64,000 nucleotides of DNA from Vicinamibacterales bacterium (GCA_937766455.1 CALLXD010000010.1:8298-72297), one strand, 5' to 3'. Shown: positions 49,784 to 61,537, counted from the stretch's first letter. A program made the numbers and translations. The notes: a model not told the origin generated them from the sequence alone.

Positions 49784-50238
49784 TCCTTCGTGTCGAGCAG
49801 GTCGTGCAGCTCGGTCATGAACTCGCCGATGTCGCGAAAATGCCGATAGACAGAGGCGAACCGCACATAAGCCACCTTGTCCAAGCGCTTCAATTCCTGC
49901 ATCACGAAGGCCCCGACCTCGCCAGTCGGGATCTCTTTCTCCGACCGCTCTTGCAGGATCGCTTCTACCCGATCGGCAATCGCTTCTACCGCGGCCACCG
50001 CGACCGGTCGCTTCTCGCAGGCCGTGAGCATACCGGCGGTCACCTTGAGACGATCAAAGCGCTCCCGGCTGCCGTCCTTCTTGATCACCATATACGGGAT
50101 CTCGTCGATCCGCTCGTAGCTGGTAAAACGACGGCTGCAGTCCTGGCACTCGCGCCGTCGCCGGATGACCTCACCCTCCCGGCTCTCCCGTGAGTCAACC
50201 ACTTTGTCGCCGAGGCGACCGCAAAACGGACACTTCAC
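49780..50238 (-). CDS. nrdR: Transcriptional repressor NrdR (Zn ribbon + ATP-cone)
   Basis: GTG 50238 with GGGAGG upstream. (M)[15 protein letters not shown]...[12 protein letters not shown]. Confidence 0.9.
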   Translation of the reverse strand: MKCPFCGRLGDKVVDSRESREGEVIRRRRECQDCSRRFTSYERIDEIPYMVIKKDGSRERFDRLKVTAGMLTACEKRPVAVAAVEAIADRVEAILQERSEKEIPTGEVGAFVMQELKRLDKVAYVRFASVYRHFRDIGEFMTELHDLLDTKE

Positions 50239-50311
50239 GATCGCACCTCCCGCCCGCCACAACCCGCCATCTTGAAGGCGCGCATGTCCGCAGCTCCGGT
50301 GTGTTGTGCCG

Positions 50312-51415
50312 TCATACGCCTCGCCCCAGGGAGGGGTTCGCGGGGTCACCCGCCTCGCCCTCGGCGACGCCAGCGGCCGGCACGGCCCCCGCCGTCCCCG
50401 ACGCATCATCGTCGCGGACGGTGGACGCCAGGTCAACCGCGCCACGAAAACTCAAACCCGCGCGGAGCATCAGGACCAGCCCCAGAATCGTCACGGGCGC
50501 GAACGACACCAGATGAAGAATCAAGGCCGCCCCGACAGCGGCGTCGTTCTGCGCACCGTAGAAACTCGTCACACCCAACTGAAACGCCGCATGAAACCCG
50601 CCCGCACCTGCCGGTGTCGGCACCGCCACCCCAAGCACCATCATCACCATGACGACGAGCGACCCGCTCACGGGTAACCCGATGCCAAACGCCTGACAGA
50701 CGTACCAGGCCGACGCACAGACGCACAACCACAACGCAAACGACCAGGCGAACACCGCCGCCAGACGTCTAGGTTCTCTGGCCACACCGAGGCCATCGCC
50801 AAATTTGGTAAGGACCGAACGCACTGATGCTCCGAATCGTTCTGGCAAGGCGCGCGCCACAAGTGCCCCGAACCGACCGGGCGCGCGTGCAGCAAACACG
50901 ATTGCCGCCAGCGACACTACCGCCCCGAGCGCGGCGATCACGCCGCCCCCTTTGAGTGCCGTCAGCACCTGCTCGTCCACGTATAGCAGGCCGCCGCTGA
51001 AGAAGAACAGAAACACACCAAGAAGCGAGACCACGGTGATCAGGTCTGTGACGCGCTCGAGCACGATGGTGGCGATCGTCGCACTGGTGGACAGACGTTC
51101 GGCGCGGGCCAGCAAGTAGGGTCGTAGCACCTCGCCCAGTCGACCCGGCAGTACCGCGTTGGTGGCGAATCCGATCACGGTGGCGCGGCCGGCGGAGCCA
51201 AACCCCACGGCGCCAATCGGAGCCAGAATCAGCTGCCAGCGGCGAATGCGGATGACATATGACAGCACGACGACGAGCAAGGCGGCCACCAGGAGTGTGA
51301 GGCGAGCCCGACGAATCTCCGACCACACGGACGCCAAATCCGCATTGCGCAGGAAGAACGCCATGAGCCCCACGGTCAGAGCAATCACGACCGCCGTGCG
51401 CAGGTGATTACGCAT
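50312..51415 (-). CDS. UPF0104 / LPG-synthase-TM-like integral membrane protein
   Basis: Polytopic membrane protein with FFLRNADL...[10 protein letters not shown], typical of the family. Confidence 0.62.
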   Translation of the reverse strand: MRNHLRTAVVIALTVGLMAFFLRNADLASVWSEIRRARLTLLVAALLVVVLSYVIRIRRWQLILAPIGAVGFGSAGRATVIGFATNAVLPGRLGEVLRPYLLARAERLSTSATIATIVLERVTDLITVVSLLGVFLFFFSGGLLYVDEQVLTALKGGGVIAALGAVVSLAAIVFAARAPGRFGALVARALPERFGASVRSVLTKFGDGLGVAREPRRLAAVFAWSFALWLCVCASAWYVCQAFGIGLPVSGSLVVMVMMVLGVAVPTPAGAGGFHAAFQLGVTSFYGAQNDAAVGAALILHLVSFAPVTILGLVLMLRAGLSFRGAVDLASTVRDDDASGTAGAVPAAGVAEGEAGDPANPSLGRGV

Positions 51416-51814
51416 CAGACACGCCGACCCGGTATCGCCCCATGATCGCCCCTCGTCTCCTCTGCTCTACTCCTCTGCTCTCCGGTCGACCAGGCCCCGA
51501 CAGACCACGGGCGACGAGTGTGCGAGCCCGCTCGGACGAACGGGATATGGGTGGCCGCAGCAGGGATACGCGTGATCAAGTTCAGACGACTGTACTACAA
51601 GGGCGTGGGAGGTACTTTGGACCACATTCTCCCTTGCCGCTCGGCTGCGTGTTCTGTAAGCTAGGAGCGCGTTGTGACAATCCTGGTATCTTCGTCGAGC
51701 CTGCCATCCAGCCTGACGGTGTGGCTCGTCGGTCAACGTCGTGAGGCGTGACGCCATTCGTCATGTCACGCCCGGCGGCGAGGCGCGCTTTTCGACCGTA
51801 AAAAGAGGCACTCC

Positions 51815-52751
51815 GTGACGTCCGCATCTCCCCTGTTGCAAACCACGCTCGACGGCCTGACGCCGCAGCGGCGCGGCAAAGTTCGAGACATGTACATCGT
51901 CGACGACCATCTACTGATGGTCGCCACCGACCGCATCTCGGCCTACGATCTGGTGCTGGGATCGCTGATTCCGGACAAAGGCAAAGTCCTGACGCAGCTG
52001 TCGGCCTTCTGGTTCGCACGCACCGAAGACCTCATCCCGAACCACCTGGTGTCAACGACGCCGGAGGAGTACCCGGCCGCCTGTCGACCGCACGCCGAGG
52101 TCCTCCGCGGCCGGTCCATGCTGGTCCGACGAACCGACCCGATTCCGGTGGAGTGTGTCGCCAGGGGCTATCTGGCTGGGTCCGGGTGGGTGGACTACCA
52201 GCGGTCAGGTGCCGTGTGCGGAGTGGCGCTTCCGAGTGGTCTGAAGCAGTCGGATCGCTTGCCGGCGCCCATCTTCACGCCAGCAACGAAGGCCGACAGC
52301 GGTCATGACGAGAACATCAGCACGGCTCAGGCCGCCGAGCTGGTCGGCCCGAAGCTGATGGAACGGCCTCCGCGAGTTGACACTGGCGCTGTACGCGCAC
52401 GGCGCAGCGCACGCCGAGTCGTGTGGCATCATCGTGGCCGATACCAAGTTTGAATTCGGACTCGTACGCGCCCCGGGACATGAGGAGGCGACGGATCTGG
52501 AGGACGGCGACGAGCTCATTCTGATCGATGAGGCACTGACATCGGACTCATCGCGCTTCTGGCCTGAGGCCACGTATCGACCTGGACAGGCTCAGCCCAG
52601 TTTCGACAAACAGTTCGTGCGTGACCATCTGGACGCAGTGAAGTGGAATCGACAACCGCCGGCACCGGTCCTGCCGGACTCCGTCATCGCCAAGACTCGC
52701 GAGAAATATCTTGAGGCCTACCGTCTCCTGACCGGCGGACAGCTGTCGTAG
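51815..52751 (+). pseudogene. purC: SAICAR synthetase; frame broken near 52367-52368
   Basis: [17 protein letters not shown] signature. After ..GPKLMER the family sequence continues in the next frame ([31 protein letters not shown]), consistent with one extra C. Confidence 0.85.
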
Positions 52752-52786
52752 CGACTCGTCGAGTCTGAACTGACAAGGGAACCACA

Positions 52787-52996
52787 GTGCGCGATCAGCT
52801 GAACCGGTTGGTGGACGAGATGGTGTCGAAGGGCATACGGTACGATGACGCTCGTCAAGAATTCGAGCGCCGGTTCATCAGCCGCGCGCTCGTCCGTGCG
52901 GAAGGCAAGGTCGGCCGCGCAGCCAAGATGATCGGTCTCCACCGCAATACACTCAGTCGGAAGGTCACCGAGTATCGACTCAAACGGACTGGCTAA
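52787..52996 (+). CDS. Small Fis-type (HTH_8) DNA-binding protein
   Basis: 69 aa with C-terminal GKVGRAAKMIGLHRNTLSRKVTEY. Confidence 0.62.
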   Translation: MRDQLNRLVDEMVSKGIRYDDARQEFERRFISRALVRAEGKVGRAAKMIGLHRNTLSRKVTEYRLKRTG

Positions 52997-53027
52997 GCCG
53001 GTCCACCTCGTGTCGGCACCGCGCGAG

Positions 53028-53057
53028 TTGACAGAATGGGTACGCCCCCGATAAAAT
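53028..53057 (+). promoter_or_regulatory. groESL promoter (sigma70-type)
   Basis: Perfect TTGACA (53028-53033), a 17/18-nt spacer, then ATAAAAT, abutting CIRCE. Confidence 0.55.
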
Positions 53058-53083
53058 TAGCACTCGACTACACCGAGTGCTAA
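53057..53083 (+). promoter_or_regulatory. CIRCE operator (HrcA binding site)
   Basis: TTAGCACTC-gactacacc-GAGTGCTAA is a perfect match to the CIRCE consensus, 68 nt upstream of groES. Confidence 0.92.
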
Positions 53084-53150
53084 TTCAGCCTCTGGTCACC
53101 CCTTTACCCAAAGGGGTTTTCATCAACATCTCAAGGGAGTCGGAAACACC

Positions 53151-53450
53151 ATGGCAATCAAAGTACGACCGTTGCACGACCGGATCATCGTCCTGCGCTT
53201 GGATGAAGACGACGAACAGCAGGTCGGTTCGATCATCATCCCGGACACGGCCAAGGAAAAGCCCCAGCAGGGCAAAGTCGTCGCGGTGGGCAAGGGCAAG
53301 GTCAAGGAAGACGGCGGCCTGGCGCCCATGGACGTTCAAGAGGGCGACACGATTCTCTTCGGGAAGTACTCAGGGCAGGAGATCAAACTCGACGGCGAAG
53401 AGTTTCTAATCATGCGCGAAGACGAAGTCCTGGGCGTCATCTCCAAGTAG
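53151..53450 (+). CDS. groES: Co-chaperonin GroES
   Basis: [14 protein letters not shown]...[20 protein letters not shown]. Confidence 0.95.
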   Translation: MAIKVRPLHDRIIVLRLDEDDEQQVGSIIIPDTAKEKPQQGKVVAVGKGKVKEDGGLAPMDVQEGDTILFGKYSGQEIKLDGEEFLIMREDEVLGVISK

Positions 53451-53483
53451 CAGACCAAGACAAGTAGCGCCGCCAAGACCTGA

Positions 53484-55209
<1,726 letters not shown>

Positions 55210-55237
55210 CTCCTGCACCTGCAGCGTGAACAACGAG

Positions 55238-55276
55238 AAGGGGCGTGCACCTTGCGGTGCACGCCCCTTTTTTTAT
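55238..55276 (+). terminator. Rho-independent terminator of groESL
   Basis: aaggggcgtgcac-cttgcg-gtgcacgcccctt forms a 13-bp stem and is followed by a T7 run. Confidence 0.82.
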
Positions 55277-55350
55277 TCAACCGGTCCGCCGGTGTTGTTC
55301 CAGCGATCCATGCAGTTGCGCGGCCGTCCTGGGCAGCCCGCCAGGTCCCG

Positions 55351-56367
55351 CTAGCGCAGCGTAAAGGTCAACGCGATGGTTACGAGTACGGCCACCGGTT
55401 CGCCGAACCTCGTTCCAGGCCGGAAGCGCCATTGCTTCGCGGCTTTCAGCGCTTCTTCATCCAGTCCGAAGTTCTTGTCGAGCGATCGCACCACCTTGAC
55501 ATCTCCAACCGTTCCATCAGGCAGCACAACCGCCTCAATGATGACCTCGCCCTGAATCTTGGCCCGCATCGCCTCGGACGTGTAGTTCGGTCGTGCCTGC
55601 CGGAGCGGTTGTGGCGTCTCGACGCCGTTTCCAGGCCGGTAGACACCGCCGCCAGACCCGCCACCCTCCCCGGGGCCTAGCCCATCGCCTTGCCCGGGAC
55701 CGATCCCGCCACCAGCGCCCTCGCCAGCGCCACCGCCAGTGCCACTACCGGCCGAGTCGAGAGAGCGAGCCATCAACCCCTGCAAGACACCGGTTCGCGT
55801 CCGCGGCGCGGCCGCCATGGGCACAGCCGACAATCGCACCCTTTGCGCTTCGAGTGGCTGCTCCTCTGGCTCCGGCGCCACTTCCGGAGGCGCTACGAAC
55901 TCCTCCGGTTCCTCGATGGGGATGCTTACCTCGTCCTCGCCCTCCACCTCGACTTCGCGAGGTGCCTCCAGCGACTCGTTCCCCCCCCCGCCCCCGCCGC
56001 CGCCGGGTCCCTCTTGCGGGATCCAGATAATGCTGTCGTACGCCGTCCGCTCAATCTCGACGATTTCCCCTGCCACGGGTGCGGTGCGAATCACCAGAAA
56101 GATGAGGATCACGAAGACGGCGTGACTCGCGAGCGACACGCCAAGCGCTCCGCTAACGCGTTTGGGCTCGGCCGACAGCAGAGGTGTGTACGATGTGTCG
56201 CCATCTGGGTGGATCGATAGCCACCCGCCAGCGTCGGCTGCGCGGCTCCCTCCTCGGAGCACCCCTCGCGCTCCAGCCGGCCCGCGTTGCTCGCGCTTCC
56301 GCCGTTCAGGCGGCGTATAGCTTGCCCCAGCCGAAAACCGTATAGATCCGAGGTCCAGGCGGTTCAC
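55351..56367 (-). CDS. tonB: TonB-family energy transducer
   Basis: N-terminal anchor, Pro/Glu and poly-Gly linker, and the C-terminal TonB domain (..AMRAKIQGEVIIEAVVLPDGTV..WRFRPG). GTG start with GAGGAGGGAG upstream. Confidence 0.8.
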   Translation of the reverse strand: MNRLDLGSIRFSAGASYTPPERRKREQRGPAGARGVLRGGSRAADAGGWLSIHPDGDTSYTPLLSAEPKRVSGALGVSLASHAVFVILIFLVIRTAPVAGEIVEIERTAYDSIIWIPQEGPGGGGGGGGNESLEAPREVEVEGEDEVSIPIEEPEEFVAPPEVAPEPEEQPLEAQRVRLSAVPMAAAPRTRTGVLQGLMARSLDSAGSGTGGGAGEGAGGGIGPGQGDGLGPGEGGGSGGGVYRPGNGVETPQPLRQARPNYTSEAMRAKIQGEVIIEAVVLPDGTVGDVKVVRSLDKNFGLDEEALKAAKQWRFRPGTRFGEPVAVLVTIALTFTLR

Positions 56368-56641
56368 GCGACTCGCTCCCTCCTCAGACGCTAGTCGTTA
56401 GCCTAGCGTCATACACCCAACTTGCAAGCGGGGTACCTGGCTGAGCGCCTACCCAGCACATCACCAGCCATGCATGTAACTAGCTCATAATAAACATGTT
56501 GCGCTGCCAAAGCGACGCGCCACACCATTCGCCTCGACCGACCTCCGTGGATAGCACCCTGCCCGGAACGAGTGTCAGCGTGGTGGCGCCCACGGCGAGC
56601 CACACACGGGTCTATCAACCTAAGACGTCAGCGAGCGCCGT

Positions 56642-57100
56642 TTAGACTCGCCCCGTCCACGCGCCGATCGCCGCGTTGCCACCTCCGTACCCGAACATGA
56701 CGGCGAGCGCGTCAGCGGCGCGTGGCTCACTATGCACCGCCACCAACACCCCGCCCCGTGCGGTCAGCGTCTCGAAAATGAAGCCGTCGTGGGTCTGGAA
56801 ACCGGCGCGCCTAATGGTCGCCGACACGCCGGACCGGTCCAGATCGCTCGAAGGCCCCTGGAGCGTGCTCACAAACGGCCCGTGGGCCACCACCGGTCCG
56901 ATCCGCGGGATGTCCAGCTCCGTGCCGTCGACCCCAAATGTCCGTTGGCACAGCGCCGCCGCCTCCGGAGATTGCTGGCTGATTATAGACAGTGCCTCTG
57001 GAGGAAATCCCTCATCCGCGAGCGCGTCAAGCCCTCGCTGTGCCCATTCTGTGTCCTGGAACACGCCAACGGTAAAACTCTCTCGCTCGTCGTCGTTCAT
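56642..57100 (-). CDS. YflT-like general-stress-protein-domain protein (tentative)
   Basis: FTVGVFQDTEWAQRGLDALADEGF..ISII..IGPVVAHGP..GGVLVAVH resembles the YflT layout. Called from recall only. Confidence 0.4.
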   Translation of the reverse strand: MNDDERESFTVGVFQDTEWAQRGLDALADEGFPPEALSIISQQSPEAAALCQRTFGVDGTELDIPRIGPVVAHGPFVSTLQGPSSDLDRSGVSATIRRAGFQTHDGFIFETLTARGGVLVAVHSEPRAADALAVMFGYGGGNAAIGAWTGRV

Positions 57101-57231
57101 ACCTGCCCTCGCCTTACCCGTGCATCCGCCGTTTGGCCCACCAATCGGTGTGCCGTCCGGTCGTTACCGTAGTCTACTGACAGAGGCCAACGTTCGCAAA
57201 GGTCCAACCGCTCGTTGCCCCCTCTGCATCT

Positions 57232-59205
57232 TCACAGCACGATACGATGCTGCCCAACACGTCTGGTGACGCGCTCTCGGTCCAAGTACTCGAGGAGCGG
57301 AATCGCGAACTTTCGGCTGACGCCATACCGGTCCTTGAACATCCCGACGTCAATACGCGCCGGGGTCTCTGCTGTGTCGAGCCGTCGAACGTCTTCCTTC
57401 AGACCGTCGAGAGCCGAGGCTTCAAAGACGAGCGCCCCCACTCGCTGCACGGTCCCCGCACGGACCATCCACAGCAGGACCCGATCGAACGCATCCGGCG
57501 CGCACCCGATCTGCTCTGGCACGACCGCGACCATGGGCGGCGATAAGCCAGCGTCCGTGAACAGTCTCAGCACCGCCTCGCTGATCCGCGTCTCCTCTTG
57601 CGACAAGGTCACGTGGTGGGTCGTCAGCGCCAACCGGTCGCGCGCCACCAGACGCCCGGCCGTGACCAGGTCGCCAAGCACCGCCTCAAACACGGCTCCA
57701 TCGGCGTGGCGGAACAGCCGCTCGCGCACCTCTTCCCGGGGGACCCCCTCGCTCAGCGGTTGTCCCGTGTGAAACGCGGTCACCATCGCGACGAGACGCT
57801 CAGCGACATCCGCTAACGCCGCGGTATCGACCACGGCACCCCCGATGCGCCGGATCGTCCCCGCTGACTCGAGCTTCTCGATCAGCTCATCGGCCGCATC
57901 AGTACGCAGACCGGCCCGCGTGAGCAACTCGGCCACCGGCAGACCAGACAGTCCACGTTCGCCCACCAGCACAGTGACCGTCTCGTCTTCCCCAGACGAA
58001 TCCGTACCCAAGCCCACACGCAAACGTTCTAGACGCCGACGCCCCGCCGCGGTGCGCATCCCCCCTCGGGGCGGCTCAGGATCGATCACGAGCCCACCTG
58101 CGATGGTGACCGGGGGCGAGTAGGCCCTCAAAATGAACCGGTCGCCGCGGGTCAAGACGGCGGGTGACTCCAGACGCAGCCGAGCGAAGGCGTGGCCGCC
58201 CGGTTTGAGGTCCCCAGGAGCGTCGTCCCGCTCTCCCGTCTCGTCGTCACGCCCTGCGTCGACGCCAGGGTCACCCACGAGGGGGCCAACCGCAACCCGC
58301 CCCAACACCTCGCTGGTCCCCTGATGAAAGCGCACGCGCGCCCCATGTTTCAGCGGACGCGAGGTGGGGAGCAGAGCCAGCAGGGTATCCAATCGCCTGG
58401 TCGCCTCGAAACGCCCCGGCGTCACGACCGTATCGCCGCGCGCGATGTCTGACACCTCAACGCCAGAGAGATTCGCGGCCACGCGTTGCCCGGCGACCGC
58501 CACCTTCTGCGAGACGCCGTGAACCTGGAGCCCGCGAATCTTGATGTCCCCCCCCGTCGGTAACACCCGGAGCACCGTGTCCGTCGTCATCCGACCGGCC
58601 GCGAGCGTCCCGGTCACCACCGTGCCGAAACCCTTGACGGAGAAGGCACGGTCGATGGGAAGACGCACCGCCCCATCAGTGGATCGCGGATCGGCTCGTC
58701 GCGCCATCTCAAACAGAGCGTCCCGGAGGGTCGAGAGCCCATCACCGGTTTTCGCCGACACCGGTATCACCGGCGCGTCCTCAAGAAACGACCCCGACAC
58801 CAGTTCCGCCGTCTCCATGGCGACCAGTTCCACTGTCTCGGCGTCGACGAGGTCCGTCTTCGTCAACGCAATCACGCCTCCGGTCACACCGAGCAATCGA
58901 CAAATATCGAAGTGCTCGCGAGTCTGCGGCATGACGGATTCATCGGCCGCAACCACGAGGAGCACGCCATCCACTCCACTCGCACCGGCCAACATGTTTT
59001 TGACGAACCGCTCATGGCCGGGAACATCGACGAACGACAGCTGCGTGTCGTCCTGCTCGAGACTCGCAAATCCGAGATCGATCGTAATGCCTCGGGACTT
59101 CTCTTCCTTCAGCCGATCGGGATCGGTGCCGGTCAGCGCTTCGACAAGCGCGCTCTTTCCGTGGTCGATATGACCAGCGGTGCCGACGACCACATACCGT
59201 CTCAC
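57232..59205 (-). CDS. selB: Selenocysteine-specific elongation factor
   Basis: GTG 59205 (GAGG upstream). [23 protein letters not shown], and a long winged-helix C-terminus ending ..[18 protein letters not shown]. Confidence 0.85.
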   Translation of the reverse strand: MRRYVVVGTAGHIDHGKSALVEALTGTDPDRLKEEKSRGITIDLGFASLEQDDTQLSFVDVPGHERFVKNMLAGASGVDGVLLVVAADESVMPQTREHFDICRLLGVTGGVIALTKTDLVDAETVELVAMETAELVSGSFLEDAPVIPVSAKTGDGLSTLRDALFEMARRADPRSTDGAVRLPIDRAFSVKGFGTVVTGTLAAGRMTTDTVLRVLPTGGDIKIRGLQVHGVSQKVAVAGQRVAANLSGVEVSDIARGDTVVTPGRFEATRRLDTLLALLPTSRPLKHGARVRFHQGTSEVLGRVAVGPLVGDPGVDAGRDDETGERDDAPGDLKPGGHAFARLRLESPAVLTRGDRFILRAYSPPVTIAGGLVIDPEPPRGGMRTAAGRRRLERLRVGLGTDSSGEDETVTVLVGERGLSGLPVAELLTRAGLRTDAADELIEKLESAGTIRRIGGAVVDTAALADVAERLVAMVTAFHTGQPLSEGVPREEVRERLFRHADGAVFEAVLGDLVTAGRLVARDRLALTTHHVTLSQEETRISEAVLRLFTDAGLSPPMVAVVPEQIGCAPDAFDRVLLWMVRAGTVQRVGALVFEASALDGLKEDVRRLDTAETPARIDVGMFKDRYGVSRKFAIPLLEYLDRERVTRRVGQHRIVL

Positions 59206-59266
59206 GTGGTGCACCTCAACATTTCGTGCCCGACACCCGACCGACCAGCGTGCAGCCGCACCCCGG

Positions 59267-61537
59267 CTACCGTCGGTCGCTCCGACGAGGGCCGCCGCGT
59301 CCGCGCTTGCCTGACGACCGTCCCCGTGGAGCGACGCGACTGCGGCCTGGCCCACGAGGGCCGGCGGACGCACGCACCGCCGCGAGGATCTCGACCAGCC
59401 CAAGATCAATCTGTCGCCGGTCGGTATCCACGCGCAGCAGTTGGACGGCCACCGTGTCGCCGAGTTTGTAGGTCTGGCCGGTGTTCTCCCCGACGAGCGT
59501 GTGGTCGGCATCCAGGAAGCGGTAGTAATCGTCCGCCATGCTTGAGATGTGGACCAGCCCCTCAACGAAAGGTTCGATCAACTCGACAAACAGCCCGAAC
59601 CCAGTCACCCCGGTCACATATCCGGTGAACTCATCGCCCACCTTGTCGGCCATGAACCGGACCTTCTTCCACTGAATGATCTCGCGCTCTGCCTCTTCGG
59701 CTCGTCGCTCCATCACCGACGTGTGGCGCCCCACCTCTGGCAAGGCCGCGCTCAGTTCCTCCTGCCGCTCCGCCGACAGCTCACGACCACGCCGCTCACG
59801 AAGCAGACGGTGCACCACGAGATCGGGATATCGGCGTATCGGAGACGTAAAGTGCGTGTAGGTCTTTGAGGCCAGGCCAAAGTGCCCGGCGTTGACCGAG
59901 TCGTATTGCGCCTTCTGCATGGTGCGCAGCATCAGCAAGGCCACCGGTCGCTCCTCAGGCAGACCGTGAAGCCGTTTCAGAAGCTGCTGAAAGTGGCGCG
60001 GCCGCACCTGCTCGGGCAGCACCCCCAGCGCATGCCCCAGCGTGCCCGCGAACGCGTCGAACTCAGCCACCTTCATGGGATCCGGTACCGGGTGGACCCG
60101 AAACAGCGCCGGCGCGCCGCTGTCCTGGAGGAAGCCGGCCACCGTCTCGTTGGCCACGAGCATGAACTCCTCGATGATGCGGTGCGCAACGTTGCGGTCG
60201 GCCGCCACGATGTCCTCGACCAATCCGGCTTCATCGAGTACGAGTCGCGTCGCCTTCAAATCGAAGTCAATGGACCCGCGGCGTACGCGGCGCGCGTGCA
60301 GCCGACGATAGACGGTCTCCATCGCTTCGAACAGCGGAACCAGGCCAGTATGGGCCTGACGGGTGCTGGGGTCCCGCTCGGTCAAGATGGCGTCAACCGC
60401 CGTATATGTCATCCGCGCATCGGAGCGAATCACCCCGTCGTGCATCTCGAACCGCACCACGGCACCGCGGCTGTCGATCTCCATCACACAGGATTGCACG
60501 AGACGATCGACGCCTGGGTTCAGACTACACAGCCCGGTCGCGAGCGGCGACGGAAACATGTGCAGAGCTCGTTCGGGGAAGTAGACCGAGGTCCCTCGCT
60601 CATAGGCGCATCGATCAAGCGCACTCCCCTCGCGCACGTAGTGGGCCACGTCAGCAATATGGACCCCCAGCCAGTGGTTCCCATTCGGCAACGTCTCAAG
60701 GGTGATCGCATCATCGAAATCGCGGGCGGTTTCGCCATCGATGGTGACGGTGGTGGTCTCGCGAAAGTCGGTCCGGTGGCTCACATCCGCTGGTGCCACC
60801 ACGTCGCCCAGTTGTTCCGCCTCCGCCACTGCGTCGGCGTCATGCGCGTCCGGAATACGGTATTTCCTGATAATCAGGGCGTTGTCCACGCCGGGATCGT
60901 CCAGCGCTCCCAGCACCTCGACGATATGCCCAATCGCACTACGGGTTCCGGTCGGCCAACCATCGATCTGCACCACGACCATCTGCCCCGAACGGGCCCC
61001 GCCCTCGGCGTCGACCGGGATCTGCACGTCCAGCACCACCCGAGCGTCGAAGGGCACGACGAAACCCACGCCGCTCTTGTCAACCTCATAACGGCCGACC
61101 AGGTCGTGATTGGCCCGCTCCAGCACGCGGACAATTCGTCCATCAACCCGCCCACCGTTCCGCTCGACGCGGACCGCCACCCGATCCCCATGCATCGCCT
61201 GGTGCAGATTGACGCCGGCCACGTAGATGTCGTCGCCCGTCCGCTTCGCCTGAGTTTCTGGCGTGACGAACCCAAACCCGCGAGGATTGACTTGCAGCCG
61301 GCCGACCACGAGATTCATCCGGTCCGCAAGTCCGTAGCGGTTTCCCCGAATCCGAATCATCTCCCCTGTCTCAACCAGCTTCCGTATCCGCCGCCGAAAT
61401 GCAGACCGATCGTCTGGGAGCACCTCGAGTACGCGTATCAACTCGCGCATGGTCGCAGGGTGCCCTACCTGCTCGCGGAGACGTGCCAGCACTACCTCGG
61501 GCTGCCACGGAGCGCCCGTTACATCAATCTTCGTCAC
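59267..61537 (-). CDS. rnr: Ribonuclease R
   Basis: RNB core (DFDDAI..HIADV..YFPER), an S1 domain and a basic C-tail. GTGA overlap with the upstream gene. Confidence 0.92.
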   Translation of the reverse strand: MTKIDVTGAPWQPEVVLARLREQVGHPATMRELIRVLEVLPDDRSAFRRRIRKLVETGEMIRIRGNRYGLADRMNLVVGRLQVNPRGFGFVTPETQAKRTGDDIYVAGVNLHQAMHGDRVAVRVERNGGRVDGRIVRVLERANHDLVGRYEVDKSGVGFVVPFDARVVLDVQIPVDAEGGARSGQMVVVQIDGWPTGTRSAIGHIVEVLGALDDPGVDNALIIRKYRIPDAHDADAVAEAEQLGDVVAPADVSHRTDFRETTTVTIDGETARDFDDAITLETLPNGNHWLGVHIADVAHYVREGSALDRCAYERGTSVYFPERALHMFPSPLATGLCSLNPGVDRLVQSCVMEIDSRGAVVRFEMHDGVIRSDARMTYTAVDAILTERDPSTRQAHTGLVPLFEAMETVYRRLHARRVRRGSIDFDLKATRLVLDEAGLVEDIVAADRNVAHRIIEEFMLVANETVAGFLQDSGAPALFRVHPVPDPMKVAEFDAFAGTLGHALGVLPEQVRPRHFQQLLKRLHGLPEERPVALLMLRTMQKAQYDSVNAGHFGLASKTYTHFTSPIRRYPDLVVHRLLRERRGRELSAERQEELSAALPEVGRHTSVMERRAEEAEREIIQWKKVRFMADKVGDEFTGYVTGVTGFGLFVELIEPFVEGLVHISSMADDYYRFLDADHTLVGENTGQTYKLGDTVAVQLLRVDTDRRQIDLGLVEILAAVRASAGPRGPGRSRVAPRGRSSGKRGRGGPRRSDRR

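Noticed and set aside
51416-51814. ZTP (pfl) or other purine-pathway riboswitch upstream of purC.
   Set aside because: The conserved ZTP elements as I recall them (GGGUCGUGACUGGCG... and CCGCCUGGGC) are absent. Only generic hairpins are present.
56460-56505. Fur box in the AT-rich tonB upstream island.
   Set aside because: Alignment by eye to GATAATGATAATCATTATC is poor.
56368-57231. tRNA-Sec (selC) or a UGA-containing selenoprotein gene next to selB.
   Set aside because: No cloverleaf-like sequence was found in either intergenic region, and no same-frame ORF pair split by a single TGA.
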